A stretch of DNA of 64,000 bases from Candidatus Latescibacterota bacterium. GTDB lineage: Bacteria > Latescibacterota > UBA2968 > UBA8231. The position numbers were made by a program, and so were the translations under genes. The stretch covers positions 800,001 through 864,000 of the forward strand of contig OZ253462.1 in the NCBI GenBank assembly GCA_965261395.1, read 5' to 3'. The notes below the pieces were generated by a model. The model was not told the origin of the DNA, ran no database searches, and saw nothing but the letters and a program-made list of their open reading frames with translations. Positions 28,250-38,408 of this stretch are shown here, piece by piece. Position 1 is the stretch's first letter, and every line of letters starts with the position of its first letter.

Positions 28250-29172
28250 CGGCGAGCGACCGGACGGAGCGTCGATCACTAGGCCTGACCCTTGCCTTTA
28301 CCACTCTGCTGTTGTGGGGTGCCCTGCCCGTGGTGCTCAAGCTGCTGTTGCAATCGCTGGACCCCTTTACCGTTACTTGGTACCGTTTCCTGCTCGCGGG
28401 TGCTATGCTAGTCCCCGTCGTCCACTTTCGCTACGGCCTCGCGTCCCCCTTTCGGATCCGCGGCGCGGCCTTGGCTCTGGCGGTGGTTTGCGTCCTCGGC
28501 CTCGGCGGCAACTACCTGACGTATTTGATGGGCCTGAGCCGCATCTCGCCTGGCTCGGCTCAGATTGTGATGCAGTTTTCGCCAATAATTGTACTCTTGG
28601 GCGGGCTGATCCTCTTCAAAGAATCCTTTAGCCGTTTGCAGTGGATCGGCCTCGGCGTGCTAATCGTGGGGATGGGGCTCTTTTTTAATCAGCGCTTCGC
28701 CGAACTGCTCTCCTTGGTGGAAAACTACGGCATCGGCGTTTGGCTCGTCTTTACCTCGGCCATCCTCTGGGGAGCTTTCATGCTGGCGCAAAAACCCCTG
28801 CTGCGGCACTTGCCCTCGACCTCGATCATGGCCTTGGTCTATTGGTTTGGCATGATGCTGTTCCTGCCCTTGGCCCAGCCGAGCCGCATACTCGACCTGC
28901 CGGCCATCCCCTGCTTGCTCTTGGCCTGCTCGGTCGTCTTCACCCTCGTCTCCTATCTCAGCTTCGCCGAATCGCTCAAGCGGATGGAAGCTTCGCGCAT
29001 AGGTGCGCTGGTCTCGCTGACGCCCCTGATCACTATAGCCATGATGGGCCTACTCGCTCTCTTCGACCCCAACCTAGTCCCTATGGAACCCCTCAACAAA
29101 CTCGCCGTCGGCGGTACCATACTAGTCGTCATCGGATCTATGTGCGGCACCTTGGGGAGGAGCGCCTCCTAA
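28246..29172 (+). CDS. DMT/EamA family transporter
   Basis: About ten TM helices in a duplicated EamA pattern; GTGA overlap with the upstream gene. Confidence 0.9.
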   Translation: MTASDRTERRSLGLTLAFTTLLLWGALPVVLKLLLQSLDPFTVTWYRFLLAGAMLVPVVHFRYGLASPFRIRGAALALAVVCVLGLGGNYLTYLMGLSRISPGSAQIVMQFSPIIVLLGGLILFKESFSRLQWIGLGVLIVGMGLFFNQRFAELLSLVENYGIGVWLVFTSAILWGAFMLAQKPLLRHLPSTSIMALVYWFGMMLFLPLAQPSRILDLPAIPCLLLACSVVFTLVSYLSFAESLKRMEASRIGALVSLTPLITIAMMGLLALFDPNLVPMEPLNKLAVGGTILVVIGSMCGTLGRSAS

Positions 29173-29289
29173 CGGCCTAAAGCAAAGCGAGAAAACATCC
29201 CGAGAAACTCATTAGCCGGGATTGAGGGTTGAAGTGGATGAAGAGGTCGTCGCGAGATTGCGACGAGAACCCTACAAGGAGCCAATTCT

Positions 29290-30471
29290 ATGGTATTCTC
29301 AAGAGTATTCAGTGCGGCTTTGGCTGTGGTCCTTCTATTCGCGCAGGGCGAACCTGTCGAAGCAATTTCTGAAAGGATCTCTCCGTCGGTGCGCGTCAAC
29401 GGGATGGGTCAGGCGGGCGTCGCTCTCCCGGACGAGCCGGCCGGTTACTACAACCCTGGTGCGACAGCCCTGTCATCTCCTGCACATACGCTGCAGAGCC
29501 GTTTCTACCTGAGCGAGATGCCGTGGCTTCCAGCGTTGGCAGATGATTTGAGCTACAACTACTTTGCTGCTCAGGCCGCAGCCGAGCGTGTTCTCGACGG
29601 CTTCTTGGGGTTGGATAGGCCAACAAGGCTTAGAGCAGCATTCTACGGGTACCGTACGAAGCTGGATCTCGGAGAACAGTTGCGCACAAATGAAAGGGGC
29701 GAGGTAACAGGTACTTTCACCGATGTAGATGCCTCCAACAATATCGGCGTCAGCTTGGCATTGAGGTCCGTCGTGGAGATAGGCGTCGGTGCGACCTCCA
29801 AGCGGATTTCATCTAGTCTTGGCGGGAGAAAAGGCTCAGCCGAGGCATACGACTTCGGTCTCATGGCGGTAGTACCGATGGTCGGAGTTTTGGAGCGCCT
29901 CACCGGAAGGGAGCTTACCCGGAATCAACACCTTCGGCCGCAGCTCAATGTCGGATTTGGTATCACATGGCAGAACCGTGGGGGTGAAACCATTAGCTAC
30001 CCCGACGTATTGTTTGCCGATCCTCTACCAGCGAACAGGCGGCACGGATGGTCGGGCACCTTGGGAATGGACTGGCGCTCAGACTCCCTCAGTCTCGCTA
30101 TCGGCAGAGTGACATTTTCCAAGGAGACCTACCGCCCCCAAGTAGATGGTGCCCATATCACTAGCCTTGCTGAGGACGACAAGAGCGGATTTGAGGTTTC
30201 GATTCTGGAGACGGTCTCGATTCGGCGGGGGACGTATGACGACTTTGATGGCGAGATTCATTTGGAGACCTCGGGGTGGACCGTTAAATCCGATGGTCTC
30301 TTCAAGTTTTTTGCACACCAATTGGACAGTACTCCGTCCAATTCCGAAGGCGGCGCACTCCAGTTCCTTGCCAGACACTTGTCAATCAGTTGGTCTCGGT
30401 TCGAATACCGCGACAGAAGTCCGTCACCGTTCCGCGGTGTCGGCCACTCCTTCATCGGCTTGTCGTTCTGA
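29290..30471 (+). CDS. PorV/PorQ-like outer-membrane beta-barrel
   Basis: Signal peptide; PSVRVNGMGQAGVAL..EP..YYNPG and WLPALADDL motifs; C-terminal Phe. Confidence 0.75.
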   Translation: MVFSRVFSAALAVVLLFAQGEPVEAISERISPSVRVNGMGQAGVALPDEPAGYYNPGATALSSPAHTLQSRFYLSEMPWLPALADDLSYNYFAAQAAAERVLDGFLGLDRPTRLRAAFYGYRTKLDLGEQLRTNERGEVTGTFTDVDASNNIGVSLALRSVVEIGVGATSKRISSSLGGRKGSAEAYDFGLMAVVPMVGVLERLTGRELTRNQHLRPQLNVGFGITWQNRGGETISYPDVLFADPLPANRRHGWSGTLGMDWRSDSLSLAIGRVTFSKETYRPQVDGAHITSLAEDDKSGFEVSILETVSIRRGTYDDFDGEIHLETSGWTVKSDGLFKFFAHQLDSTPSNSEGGALQFLARHLSISWSRFEYRDRSPSPFRGVGHSFIGLSF

Positions 30472-30564
30472 GTAGCGGATTCTCCGATCGGACCAATCTA
30501 TTCGCTTCTGCCCAAGGCATCGCAAAGAGATCGCTTCACCGAGCCTTCAGGATCGACAACACCA

Positions 30565-31140
30565 ATGGATTTTCGCATCGAAGAAGAACGCCTCGACGTC
30601 CTGCCCGAATACGGCCAAGTGCCTATCGTCTTTGAAGTAAAAAGCCGCTTTCGCGTCGAACTCATCGGCAATGGCTTGGGGGGAATCCAACTGGTCGAAG
30701 AATCCGTCGATCCGTCCTACATCAAAGACTACGACCACTCCGGCGGCCCCGAGCGCTGGACCCGGAGAACGTGGGACCTCTCGCGGTGGATTATCGTCGC
30801 CGCATACAGGGAACAAGAGCGCATCGGCGGAGCCCTTGTCGCCTTTCACGGCGAAGGCTTAGACTACTGCGAAGGGCGCGAAGACCTAGCCGGCCTCTGG
30901 GACATCCGCGTGCGCTCCGAATATCAAGGACGAGGCGTGGGCAAGGCGCTCTTCCAACGCGCCGAGACCTGCGCCAAGAAGCAGGGCTGCACCCAGTTGA
31001 AAATAGAAACCCAAAACATCAACGTGCCCGCCTGCCGCTTCTACGCCCGCATGGGTGCCAAGCTCGGTCAAGTCCACCTCTACGCCTACCATACCGAGGG
31101 CCTAGACGAGGTGCAACTGACTTGGTACAAGGATCTGTAG
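30565..31140 (+). CDS. GNAT N-acetyltransferase (streptothricin acetyltransferase-like)
   Basis: YQGRGVGKAL and ETQNINVPACRFY motifs. Confidence 0.9.
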   Translation: MDFRIEEERLDVLPEYGQVPIVFEVKSRFRVELIGNGLGGIQLVEESVDPSYIKDYDHSGGPERWTRRTWDLSRWIIVAAYREQERIGGALVAFHGEGLDYCEGREDLAGLWDIRVRSEYQGRGVGKALFQRAETCAKKQGCTQLKIETQNINVPACRFYARMGAKLGQVHLYAYHTEGLDEVQLTWYKDL

Positions 31141-31210
31141 CCGCCGCAGACGCTGGCGGTCAAAAACAACATTTGAGCATAATTCAGGTTTAAACCGAGG
31201 AGAGCCGGGT

Positions 31211-32362
31211 ATGACAGATCTTTTCGAGAGAGTGCGCGAAGACTTCCCGCGAGCACGGACCATGGCGTACTTCGACAACGCCTCGTCGCATCCGATCAGT
31301 GTGCACTCGGCCGCGGCCCTGCACCGGTACGTCGATTGGGTCGCGCACGAGGTGGGGGAGCCGTGGTGGCCGGCCTGGGCGCCGCCGCGAGACCAAGCCA
31401 AGGCCCTATTTGCCCAGCTCATCAACGCCGACCCCGGAGAAATCGCCTTTGCGCGCAGCACGGTGGAATCGGAGAGCAATATCCTCAACGGCTTGCGGGA
31501 TCATCTGGCGGGCGGCAATGTGGTGACATCGGATCTGAGCTTCAATCCCTGCATCTACAACTACAAGTTTCGCGAGCAGCAAGGTCTCGATGTGCGGATC
31601 GTCAAGAATCGCAACTGGCAAATCGACATGGCCGCCATGGAAGATGCGGTCGACGGCAATACCCGGCTGATTTCAGTGGCATTGGTGTCAAACGTCAATG
31701 GGTATGTCGCAGATGTCGCGGCGCTGAGCAAGCTAGCTCACGACAACGGCGCGTACCTGTATGTCGATATCATGCAGGCCGCGGGCGGCGTTCCGATCGA
31801 CGTCAAGGCGATGGGCATCGACTTTGCGGCTTGTTCGACGTTCAAGTGGCTGATGGGCGTCAAGGGGTTCGGGTTTCTGTACGTTCGCTCTGATCTGCAG
31901 CTCGACGTGCTCAAACCGTCTCAACCCACAGGTGGTGTGGCACTCAACTATCCCCCCTGGGTGGAAGATCCCGATTCGGCTGGTAAGGAGATATCGTTTT
32001 CGCCCCCGACCGGAGTCGGCGCCTACGAGGTCAGTTACCCCTCGTACGAAGGAGTCGTGTGCGCCCAGGAGAGCTTGCAATACATCCTGAGCCTCGGAGT
32101 CGACAGCATCCGCAACCACGCGAGAGACCTGACCGATCGCCTGCAGGAGGAGCTGCCGCAGAGAGGGTACAAATCAATCACGCCGCAGGGGAACGAAAGC
32201 CCCATCCTCTCCTTCGTAGCTCCACACCCCGAAGCGGTCCTAACCAGTTGCAGAAGTGCCAACGTTCATGTGGCGATGCGTTTCGGCAACAAGATGCGCC
32301 TCTCACCCTCGGTGTACAACAACCACGAGGATATCGATCGCCTCCTCGAGGCCCTGCCTTAG
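31211..32362 (+). CDS. Class V PLP-dependent aminotransferase/lyase
   Basis: YFDNAS, VDIMQAAG, STFKWLMG and RLSPSVYN motifs. Confidence 0.9.
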   Translation: MTDLFERVREDFPRARTMAYFDNASSHPISVHSAAALHRYVDWVAHEVGEPWWPAWAPPRDQAKALFAQLINADPGEIAFARSTVESESNILNGLRDHLAGGNVVTSDLSFNPCIYNYKFREQQGLDVRIVKNRNWQIDMAAMEDAVDGNTRLISVALVSNVNGYVADVAALSKLAHDNGAYLYVDIMQAAGGVPIDVKAMGIDFAACSTFKWLMGVKGFGFLYVRSDLQLDVLKPSQPTGGVALNYPPWVEDPDSAGKEISFSPPTGVGAYEVSYPSYEGVVCAQESLQYILSLGVDSIRNHARDLTDRLQEELPQRGYKSITPQGNESPILSFVAPHPEAVLTSCRSANVHVAMRFGNKMRLSPSVYNNHEDIDRLLEALP

Positions 32363-32474
32363 CAGCCGTCTCAAAATTCTAAGTGCGCTCCGCCCAACGT
32401 CATTTCACATCTGCGTTCATCTGCGGATACCTTGCCGTCGGGAGACAGCCGATAGGGGTTTTGAGACCGCTTCT
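32361..32474. mobile_element. Candidate MITE, about 114 bp
   Basis: Ends AGCAGCCGTCTCAAAA and TTTTGAGACCGCTTCT (14/16 inverted match); TTAG at both borders; internal ATCTGCG repeat. Confidence 0.6.
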
Positions 32475-32482
32475 TAGTCACC

Positions 32483-33364
32483 TCACACCGAATCGGCCAC
32501 CTCGGCGAGTCCTGCGTAGCCGTTGCTCTGCTTGGGTCTGCGGGAATGATGTGAGGGCAAGAGCAGGGCTGCCTGTTGGGGAGCGGTGAGCTCGTCCCAG
32601 TAGGACGGCCGTCGGCCGCGCACGCCGCCTCCACCCCATGACATGTGCCCGGCGTTGTACTTGTAGAGGATGGCGCGGCGCTGGTGATCGGCATCCCACG
32701 GGAGGGTGCCGTGGGTGCATGCCTCGCTGAAGATGATGGCGTCGCCGGCTTTGGCGTTTATCTCGGTCACGTATTCCTGGTACTGTTCCCATCTGCGCAT
32801 CTTGGCCGGGCAGGTCACGTTAGCCTTGTGGCTGCCGGCAATGACGCTGATGCCGCCGTCGCCGGGCCCCTCGTCGGCGAGCAGGTATTCGATGACGCAG
32901 AGGCCGGTGAAGATCTTACCCTCGCGGTAGAAATAGGGTGCGTTGTCGAAGTTGCCGTGCAGCATGCCGCCGGAACATCCCTTGTCCATAGCGATCAGAC
33001 CCGGACCGTGGTCGAGCCGCCAGCCTTCCCCGAGGATCGTATTGAGGTGAGGGATGGTTTTGGGATGCGCCAGCATTTCTCTGAACGGCTCGCAGAGCGG
33101 CCGCGGCAGTTCCAACAGGCCCTCGCTGTTGCCGAGGCGTGTCGAGGTGTTTTCACCCTGCAAAGCAACGGAATCGCCAAAGTACTCCGGGCTCGGTGTG
33201 AGCTCCATTGAGTCGATGGCGTCGTTGGCCAGCTTCAGGTGTTCCTCGCTCAGCACGTCCCGCACGATCAAAAATCCGAGCAGGTCGAAGAGGTACTTCT
33301 CATCGGCGGACATTTCCACCGTTTCTGCGGTGATTGAGCGCGAGGTGTTGGCGTGTTCAATCAT
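32483..33364 (-). CDS. PhyH-like Fe/2OG enzyme with an LHGN motif
   Basis: KYLFDLLGF, RLDH, LHGN, DGG..VIAGSHK and EACTHG motifs. Confidence 0.88.
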   Translation of the reverse strand: MIEHANTSRSITAETVEMSADEKYLFDLLGFLIVRDVLSEEHLKLANDAIDSMELTPSPEYFGDSVALQGENTSTRLGNSEGLLELPRPLCEPFREMLAHPKTIPHLNTILGEGWRLDHGPGLIAMDKGCSGGMLHGNFDNAPYFYREGKIFTGLCVIEYLLADEGPGDGGISVIAGSHKANVTCPAKMRRWEQYQEYVTEINAKAGDAIIFSEACTHGTLPWDADHQRRAILYKYNAGHMSWGGGGVRGRRPSYWDELTAPQQAALLLPSHHSRRPKQSNGYAGLAEVADSV

Positions 33365-33459
33365 GGCTGTTCTCCGTGGGATGGATTGTTGGAAGATTGG
33401 TTACAGTAGCCTTTATCGACAAAATGCCCTGAGCATATACGGTGTGCAAGGCCTATTTC

Positions 33460-33579
33460 CAACTTGGCGCGGGGCGAAGCGGTGTATATGTTGAGCAAGA
33501 TGCACTGCAACCCAAACCGAGGCTGACTATGGCCAATATCACCCGCGCCCCTTTCATTGGCAACAACTTCACCGCCCGC
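33460..33579 (+). pseudogene. Diverged relic of the upstream region and first 17 codons of the SGNH gene at 38409
   Basis: Aligns with 38339-38459; MANITRAPFIGNNFTAR versus MANITRILFIGNSFTAR. Confidence 0.85.
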
Positions 33580-33622
33580 GTATTGACTCGACTGGTCAGC
33601 GCCGGCGATAAGGGATAGCGCT

Positions 33623-34507
33623 ATGCGCCCTTGGACCTGCCCCTTAGTGCTAGATTCGTCGCGTAATATCGTCGCCGGCAGCCAAGATTCCTTGGTCCGG
33701 GCCATCCGCCGCGGCGCGGATCTGCGCATCTACACCGAATTTCGCCACAACGAGCACATTGACGTGCGCTCCCTCAGCGACGAGAAGGTGCGCGAAGTGG
33801 CCGAATTTGCCGTGACGTATCTCGTCGAAGACCGCTGGGCCGCCGGCCTGATGAGCCTGCGCCAGCCCGTGTCCCTGCCCGACGGATTTGGGCCGCGACC
33901 CTCGCTATCGTTTTTCCTCTATAACCAAGACGGCCACCAAGCCCTTGGCCGTCCCCACCTCGACGGGCAACAGACCGTGCCCGCCCCCGAGGGGGGACCG
34001 CATCCCATGCCGAAGTACCACTTGCTCGACAGCCATGACCTAGCGACCAGTGCCCCCAGCCACAACTTCGTTTACGACTTTGATATTTATAAGTTCTATG
34101 TCGCCGACACGTGGGAGGAAGTATTGCACCACGACGGCCACGGCCGCGTCCTTTCCGGCTCCATCGACGCCCTCGCCACCGCCTTTGGCGACGGTGCGTC
34201 CATCAAGGTCGGCATTGGCGAGTTGTGCGCGGACCTGCCCGGAGCGGGGGCGGATCTAGCCCACGAGGTGTTCGTCGAGACTGGCTCGGGCTATTACTAT
34301 GTCGAGCAGCGGCTCTTTATTGCCGGATCGCATCCGGTCATCCGCGTCCGGCCGAGCATCCCCATGCGCTATCAGAGCAAGGGCTGGGACTTTGGCTGGC
34401 TGGTGCTGCGCACCGACGGGGCGGTCGTCTATCGACAGTGCGACCCCTATTCGCTCGCCTTTGCCGATGGAACGCGACGTCACCCGATCCGCTGGTTCGC
34501 TCGCTGA
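33623..34507 (+). CDS. Hypothetical protein with an internal domain duplication
   Basis: 294-aa ORF with host-like codon usage; two W..L..D...GS...L..A...GA repeats. Confidence 0.8.
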   Translation: MRPWTCPLVLDSSRNIVAGSQDSLVRAIRRGADLRIYTEFRHNEHIDVRSLSDEKVREVAEFAVTYLVEDRWAAGLMSLRQPVSLPDGFGPRPSLSFFLYNQDGHQALGRPHLDGQQTVPAPEGGPHPMPKYHLLDSHDLATSAPSHNFVYDFDIYKFYVADTWEEVLHHDGHGRVLSGSIDALATAFGDGASIKVGIGELCADLPGAGADLAHEVFVETGSGYYYVEQRLFIAGSHPVIRVRPSIPMRYQSKGWDFGWLVLRTDGAVVYRQCDPYSLAFADGTRRHPIRWFAR

Positions 34508-34576
34508 CCCGCCGGTTAGCTCTTCCCTGCGGTCGGAGAGCAACCTGTTCAATCGCCCGAATCCCAATAAACGCCG

Positions 34577-35335
34577 ATGAACCCATCAGACTACGAATTC
34601 TTTCGCCACAATGGCTACGTCCGCCTAGGCCAACTCTTCTCCGATCAAGACGCCGCCCGCCTGCGCCAGAGCTTTGACGAGGACCGCGCAACTTGGGGCC
34701 GCGCCATGTGGCACCCCTTGGAAAGCGCCTACCAGACCGTCAACTGCGATCCCCTGATCACTTGGCCCGCAGTCGAAGAGATCATCCGCCACCCGCAAAT
34801 CCTCGACGCAGTGGAAGCGCTGCTCGGCGCTCCCATCTGCCTCTCTGAAGCCTGCTTGCGCCACATGGCACCCTACGAGGGCGAAGGCTGGCGACGCTGG
34901 CATCGCGACCGGCCGCACTGGCAGCAGCACCCCCTGCACACCCAGTATGTCCACGCCCTCGTCTATTTGGCCGACGTTGACGAGACCACCCACTGCTTCT
35001 CCCTCTCGCCTGAAGCCGCCGACGCGCCCATTTTGGACCAGGAAGATCAGCTCGCCCGCGGCGGTATCGTCGATCTGCACGGACCGGCCGGCACCGTCGC
35101 GCTCTTCAACCTCTCGGTGCTACACACGGCGACCATCCGCCCGACGCAACAAGAACGCAAAACCGTACAGATCTACTACGGACGCCGCGACCAACCTCAT
35201 TTGAGCAACTACACAACCCTGCCCGCTCGACTCTGGCGCGACCACTCCGACCCGGAGGTCCATGCCTTCTACTCGGTACTCAACCCTAAGTCGCGGGCTT
35301 TTGCCATAGCCTTCGGTGCATCTGCACCTGAGTAA
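34577..35335 (+). CDS. PhyH-like Fe/2OG dioxygenase
   Basis: FFRHNGY, WHRD and VLHTA motifs. Confidence 0.9.
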   Translation: MNPSDYEFFRHNGYVRLGQLFSDQDAARLRQSFDEDRATWGRAMWHPLESAYQTVNCDPLITWPAVEEIIRHPQILDAVEALLGAPICLSEACLRHMAPYEGEGWRRWHRDRPHWQQHPLHTQYVHALVYLADVDETTHCFSLSPEAADAPILDQEDQLARGGIVDLHGPAGTVALFNLSVLHTATIRPTQQERKTVQIYYGRRDQPHLSNYTTLPARLWRDHSDPEVHAFYSVLNPKSRAFAIAFGASAPE

Positions 35336-35361
35336 CGACGCAATACACGGCTGGCGCAGCT

Positions 35362-36801
35362 TTATTCCACCGGCCTGATCCGCAGCGCTAAACCGGGCCG
35401 ACCGGGCAACTCGATCGGCACCTGACCCTCAAAGGTGCCCAGCGTCTCCACGGTCATTTCCCAAGTGTCGATTACATCGGCCTCATAGCGTCCCTCTTGC
35501 GGCAGGCCATCGCCAAAGTGGCGCGGCTGGTGTTCGCCGAAATAGATCAGGCGGTAGTTGCCGCGCTGGCCAGCGGCAGTGCGATCCCACGGAAACCCGC
35601 CCACAAAAGGCTCAATACCCTCGGCTGGGCCTTGCTCGACGATCTGGCGCAAAAACTTCAGCCGCGGCCAGCTCTCACCGTGCAGCACCCCGCCCTTGGA
35701 CCACCATAGAATGTCCTCGGGGTGTTCATAGGTCTCGCCGTGGCCGGCATACCCGCCGTAGGCGATGCAAATCCAGTAGCGATGCACCAGTTCGCGGGCG
35801 GTGATATTGCCCCAGTTGCGCAGGATATTGCCCTCGTATTCGCATTCGTCGTCGATGACTGGCTTGCCATAGGCAGCACGCCACTGACGCATCTTTTTTA
35901 CATCCCAGTTCTGCACGCAGACGTGCGTCACCCCGGGCTTCGTGTGGTCGTAGTTCTTGTCAACACGGCCGTTGTGGATCGAGCGCAGGTGGCCATAGGG
36001 GTCGTTTTCCTGCACGATCTCGAAGAAGCGGTCCCAGACCGCCATTGGCTTGTCCCGCAGCATGAAGTCGTACTCATTGGCCATGGACCACCAGACATTG
36101 CGCAAGGCCGCCAACCGGGCGACCACGTAACGCAGGTAGGCGTAGTCCCTCTCGTGCGCCATCTTGGCGTAGCCCCAGCGGTCGTAGGGATGGAAGAGGA
36201 TGATATCGGCCTCTATGCCCAAGGCACCGAACTGGGCGACGCGTTGTTCGAGATGGCGGAAGAAGGCGACGTCGTAGCGGGTAAAATCCCAGTTGCCATC
36301 GGCCTTTTTCGCAAAGGGATCATAGACCGGCTCGTTTTTGTTGAAGATGTAGTCTTTGGGAAAAACGCACATCCGCAGCTTGTTGAAGCCAGCGGTCTCC
36401 AAGGTCTTGAGCGTCTGCTGCTCAAGTGCATCGCCTTGGTGGATCCAAGCGTAGCAGGTGGTGCCGAAAGGGAAGTAGGGCGTGCCGTCTTCGTAGCCGA
36501 AGTGGTATTGGTGGCGCACCCGCACTGGCCCGTGATTGTTGGGCGCTGGTGCGGTGCAGCAGAAGCTGCCGGTTTGTCCGTTAAGCGCCGCTGCATTGCT
36601 GTGGGTGCGATAGGTCCATTCGCCTTCTTGCGCTGGCATAAAGCGCACCTTATAGATGCCGTCGCCGTCGTAGAAGCCGGGCACTTTAATCGCCGCGTCG
36701 CCTTGGCGAAACTCTGCGCCCAATGCTACCTCGGCAAAAGGATTGCCCTCTGCTGGCCCTTGCAATTCCACCTCAAACACACCCCATCGTTCTACGCTCA
36801 T
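35362..36801 (-). CDS. DUF5060/DUF4038/DUF5605 putative glycoside hydrolase
   Basis: GNPF, FGTTCYAW, FNKLRMC, WSMANEYD, DECEYEG and HGETY motifs. Confidence 0.85.
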   Translation of the reverse strand: MSVERWGVFEVELQGPAEGNPFAEVALGAEFRQGDAAIKVPGFYDGDGIYKVRFMPAQEGEWTYRTHSNAAALNGQTGSFCCTAPAPNNHGPVRVRHQYHFGYEDGTPYFPFGTTCYAWIHQGDALEQQTLKTLETAGFNKLRMCVFPKDYIFNKNEPVYDPFAKKADGNWDFTRYDVAFFRHLEQRVAQFGALGIEADIILFHPYDRWGYAKMAHERDYAYLRYVVARLAALRNVWWSMANEYDFMLRDKPMAVWDRFFEIVQENDPYGHLRSIHNGRVDKNYDHTKPGVTHVCVQNWDVKKMRQWRAAYGKPVIDDECEYEGNILRNWGNITARELVHRYWICIAYGGYAGHGETYEHPEDILWWSKGGVLHGESWPRLKFLRQIVEQGPAEGIEPFVGGFPWDRTAAGQRGNYRLIYFGEHQPRHFGDGLPQEGRYEADVIDTWEMTVETLGTFEGQVPIELPGRPGLALRIRPVE

Positions 36802-37497
36802 TCTTTGAACTCCTCCTCCAGCCGGTCTCCGGCCGCCTGCCAAGCGGCAATGATCCGGTCGTAATATGGATGATCCTCGCACGCCTCCAACTGCCCGCTA
36901 GCTTCCAGCCAGTTGATCGTCCGCCGCACGCCTTCGACCCAAGGGATGGTGACGCGGAAGCCCAGGTCGGCTCGCGCCGCCGCGTTGTCGAAGAGGTTGT
37001 TGTATTTGAAATTCCACTCGGTCCACTCGGCTCGGCGCCCGGCTATCCGCACCAGCAAGTCGGTGGGAATCCGCACCATCTCCGGCGCGGGCGCGCCTAG
37101 GGCCTCGGCAATGCCCTCGTTGTAGCGCTCCCAAGTCATCCACTCTTCGCCCGCGACGTGATAGCCCCGCCCCAGCGCCTTGTCGTTGCCCAAGGCCCCG
37201 ACAAAGGCCACTGCTACGTCGTCGCGGTGGCAGGTCGGCCAAAAGGACGAGCCATCGCCGTGGACGATGATCGGCAGACCCTTTCTGATGCGGTCCACAT
37301 AGAAGTTGCCCGGCAGCGAATGGATCAGGTTGTTGCCGCCCTCGCCGTAGGTGTGCCCCGGACGGATACTGGTCACGGCCAGTTCGCCCGTCTCGTGCGC
37401 ACGGAACAAACGCTCCTCGCAGCGCGCCTTGTTGAAGGCGTAGCCAAACGCCGGATTGGGCTGCCGCTCGGCCTCCTCGGTGATCGGGTACTTAGGC
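36798..37497 (-). pseudogene. NAD-dependent epimerase/dehydratase lacking its N-terminal Rossmann region
   Basis: Frame opens only at ..YPITEEAER..GYAFNK (YxxxK) next to the upstream stop; no GxxGxxG motif and no good start. Confidence 0.75.
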
Positions 37498-38259
37498 TTC
37501 GTACATCACCGGGCAAATCTGGGGATCGTCCAAATGCGCGGTGTAGTAGCTCTGGTCGCCGGGCACCGGCACGGCCCTTTCGTCGCGCAAATGCACGGCC
37601 AAGCTCCAGCGCGCCGCATCCGAGACATTGGCGTTGGAGCCGTGGTAGGTTAGGCAGTGGTGGACGCTAAGCCCGCCTAAGGGCATCAGCACTGGCACTT
37701 CCTCCCAAGTCTCGCCCGCGGGCACCGCGATGTCCTCCCGCAGTTTATGCTGATCCTTGTCGAAGAAATTGCCCTGATTCAAAAAGCCCCAACGATGCGA
37801 CCCGCGCACAAAGCGCATCGGGCCCGACTGCTCGCCCACATCGCACAGCGCGATCCACGCTGTAAACAGCCCTTCGTCTTGCTGCCACATGCGCCAGTAC
37901 TGGCGGTCTTGGTGCCAGCCGACGTGCCCTGCAGCTGCGGACCCCGGCGGCTTGATTAGCAACTGGCTCGCCCACACCTGCACTCGCTGGGCACCCGTCA
38001 CTTCGGCGACCTTGCGCCCCACTTGTGGACAGGTCACCAATCCATAGAGTCCCGTATCCGACCGATGCGGATTATTGATCTTGCACAACACCTCTGGATC
38101 ATATCCAGGATGCTCGGTCGGCGGCAGCCCCATATCGAACACCCCATCGCGCACCGCCACCATTCCCCGCACCGCCTTTTCCAGCACATCGTCCGGCGCG
38201 ATCTGCTCATCCGCGATACAATACCCGTCCCGCTCGTATTGCTCGACCGTTTGTCTCAT
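37492..38259 (-). CDS. PhyH-like Fe/2OG dioxygenase
   Basis: KPP, WHQD, GPMRFVRGSH and TYHGS motifs. Confidence 0.93.
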   Translation of the reverse strand: MRQTVEQYERDGYCIADEQIAPDDVLEKAVRGMVAVRDGVFDMGLPPTEHPGYDPEVLCKINNPHRSDTGLYGLVTCPQVGRKVAEVTGAQRVQVWASQLLIKPPGSAAAGHVGWHQDRQYWRMWQQDEGLFTAWIALCDVGEQSGPMRFVRGSHRWGFLNQGNFFDKDQHKLREDIAVPAGETWEEVPVLMPLGGLSVHHCLTYHGSNANVSDAARWSLAVHLRDERAVPVPGDQSYYTAHLDDPQICPVMYEA

Positions 38260-38408
38260 CTGAAGTTCTCCCTATTAGACTGCATAAAAATCGCCGACAT
38301 CGAGATTCTGCCTGCTGAATACGAGGCCATTAGGATAGCAATTTGGCGCGAGGCGAAGCGGTATTTATGTTGAGCAGGACATACCTCAACCCAAACTGAA
38401 GACTTATT

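Noticed and set aside
30565-31140. Calling the GNAT gene an antibiotic-resistance gene (sat)
   Set aside because: Only family-level motifs are visible, so the substrate cannot be assigned.
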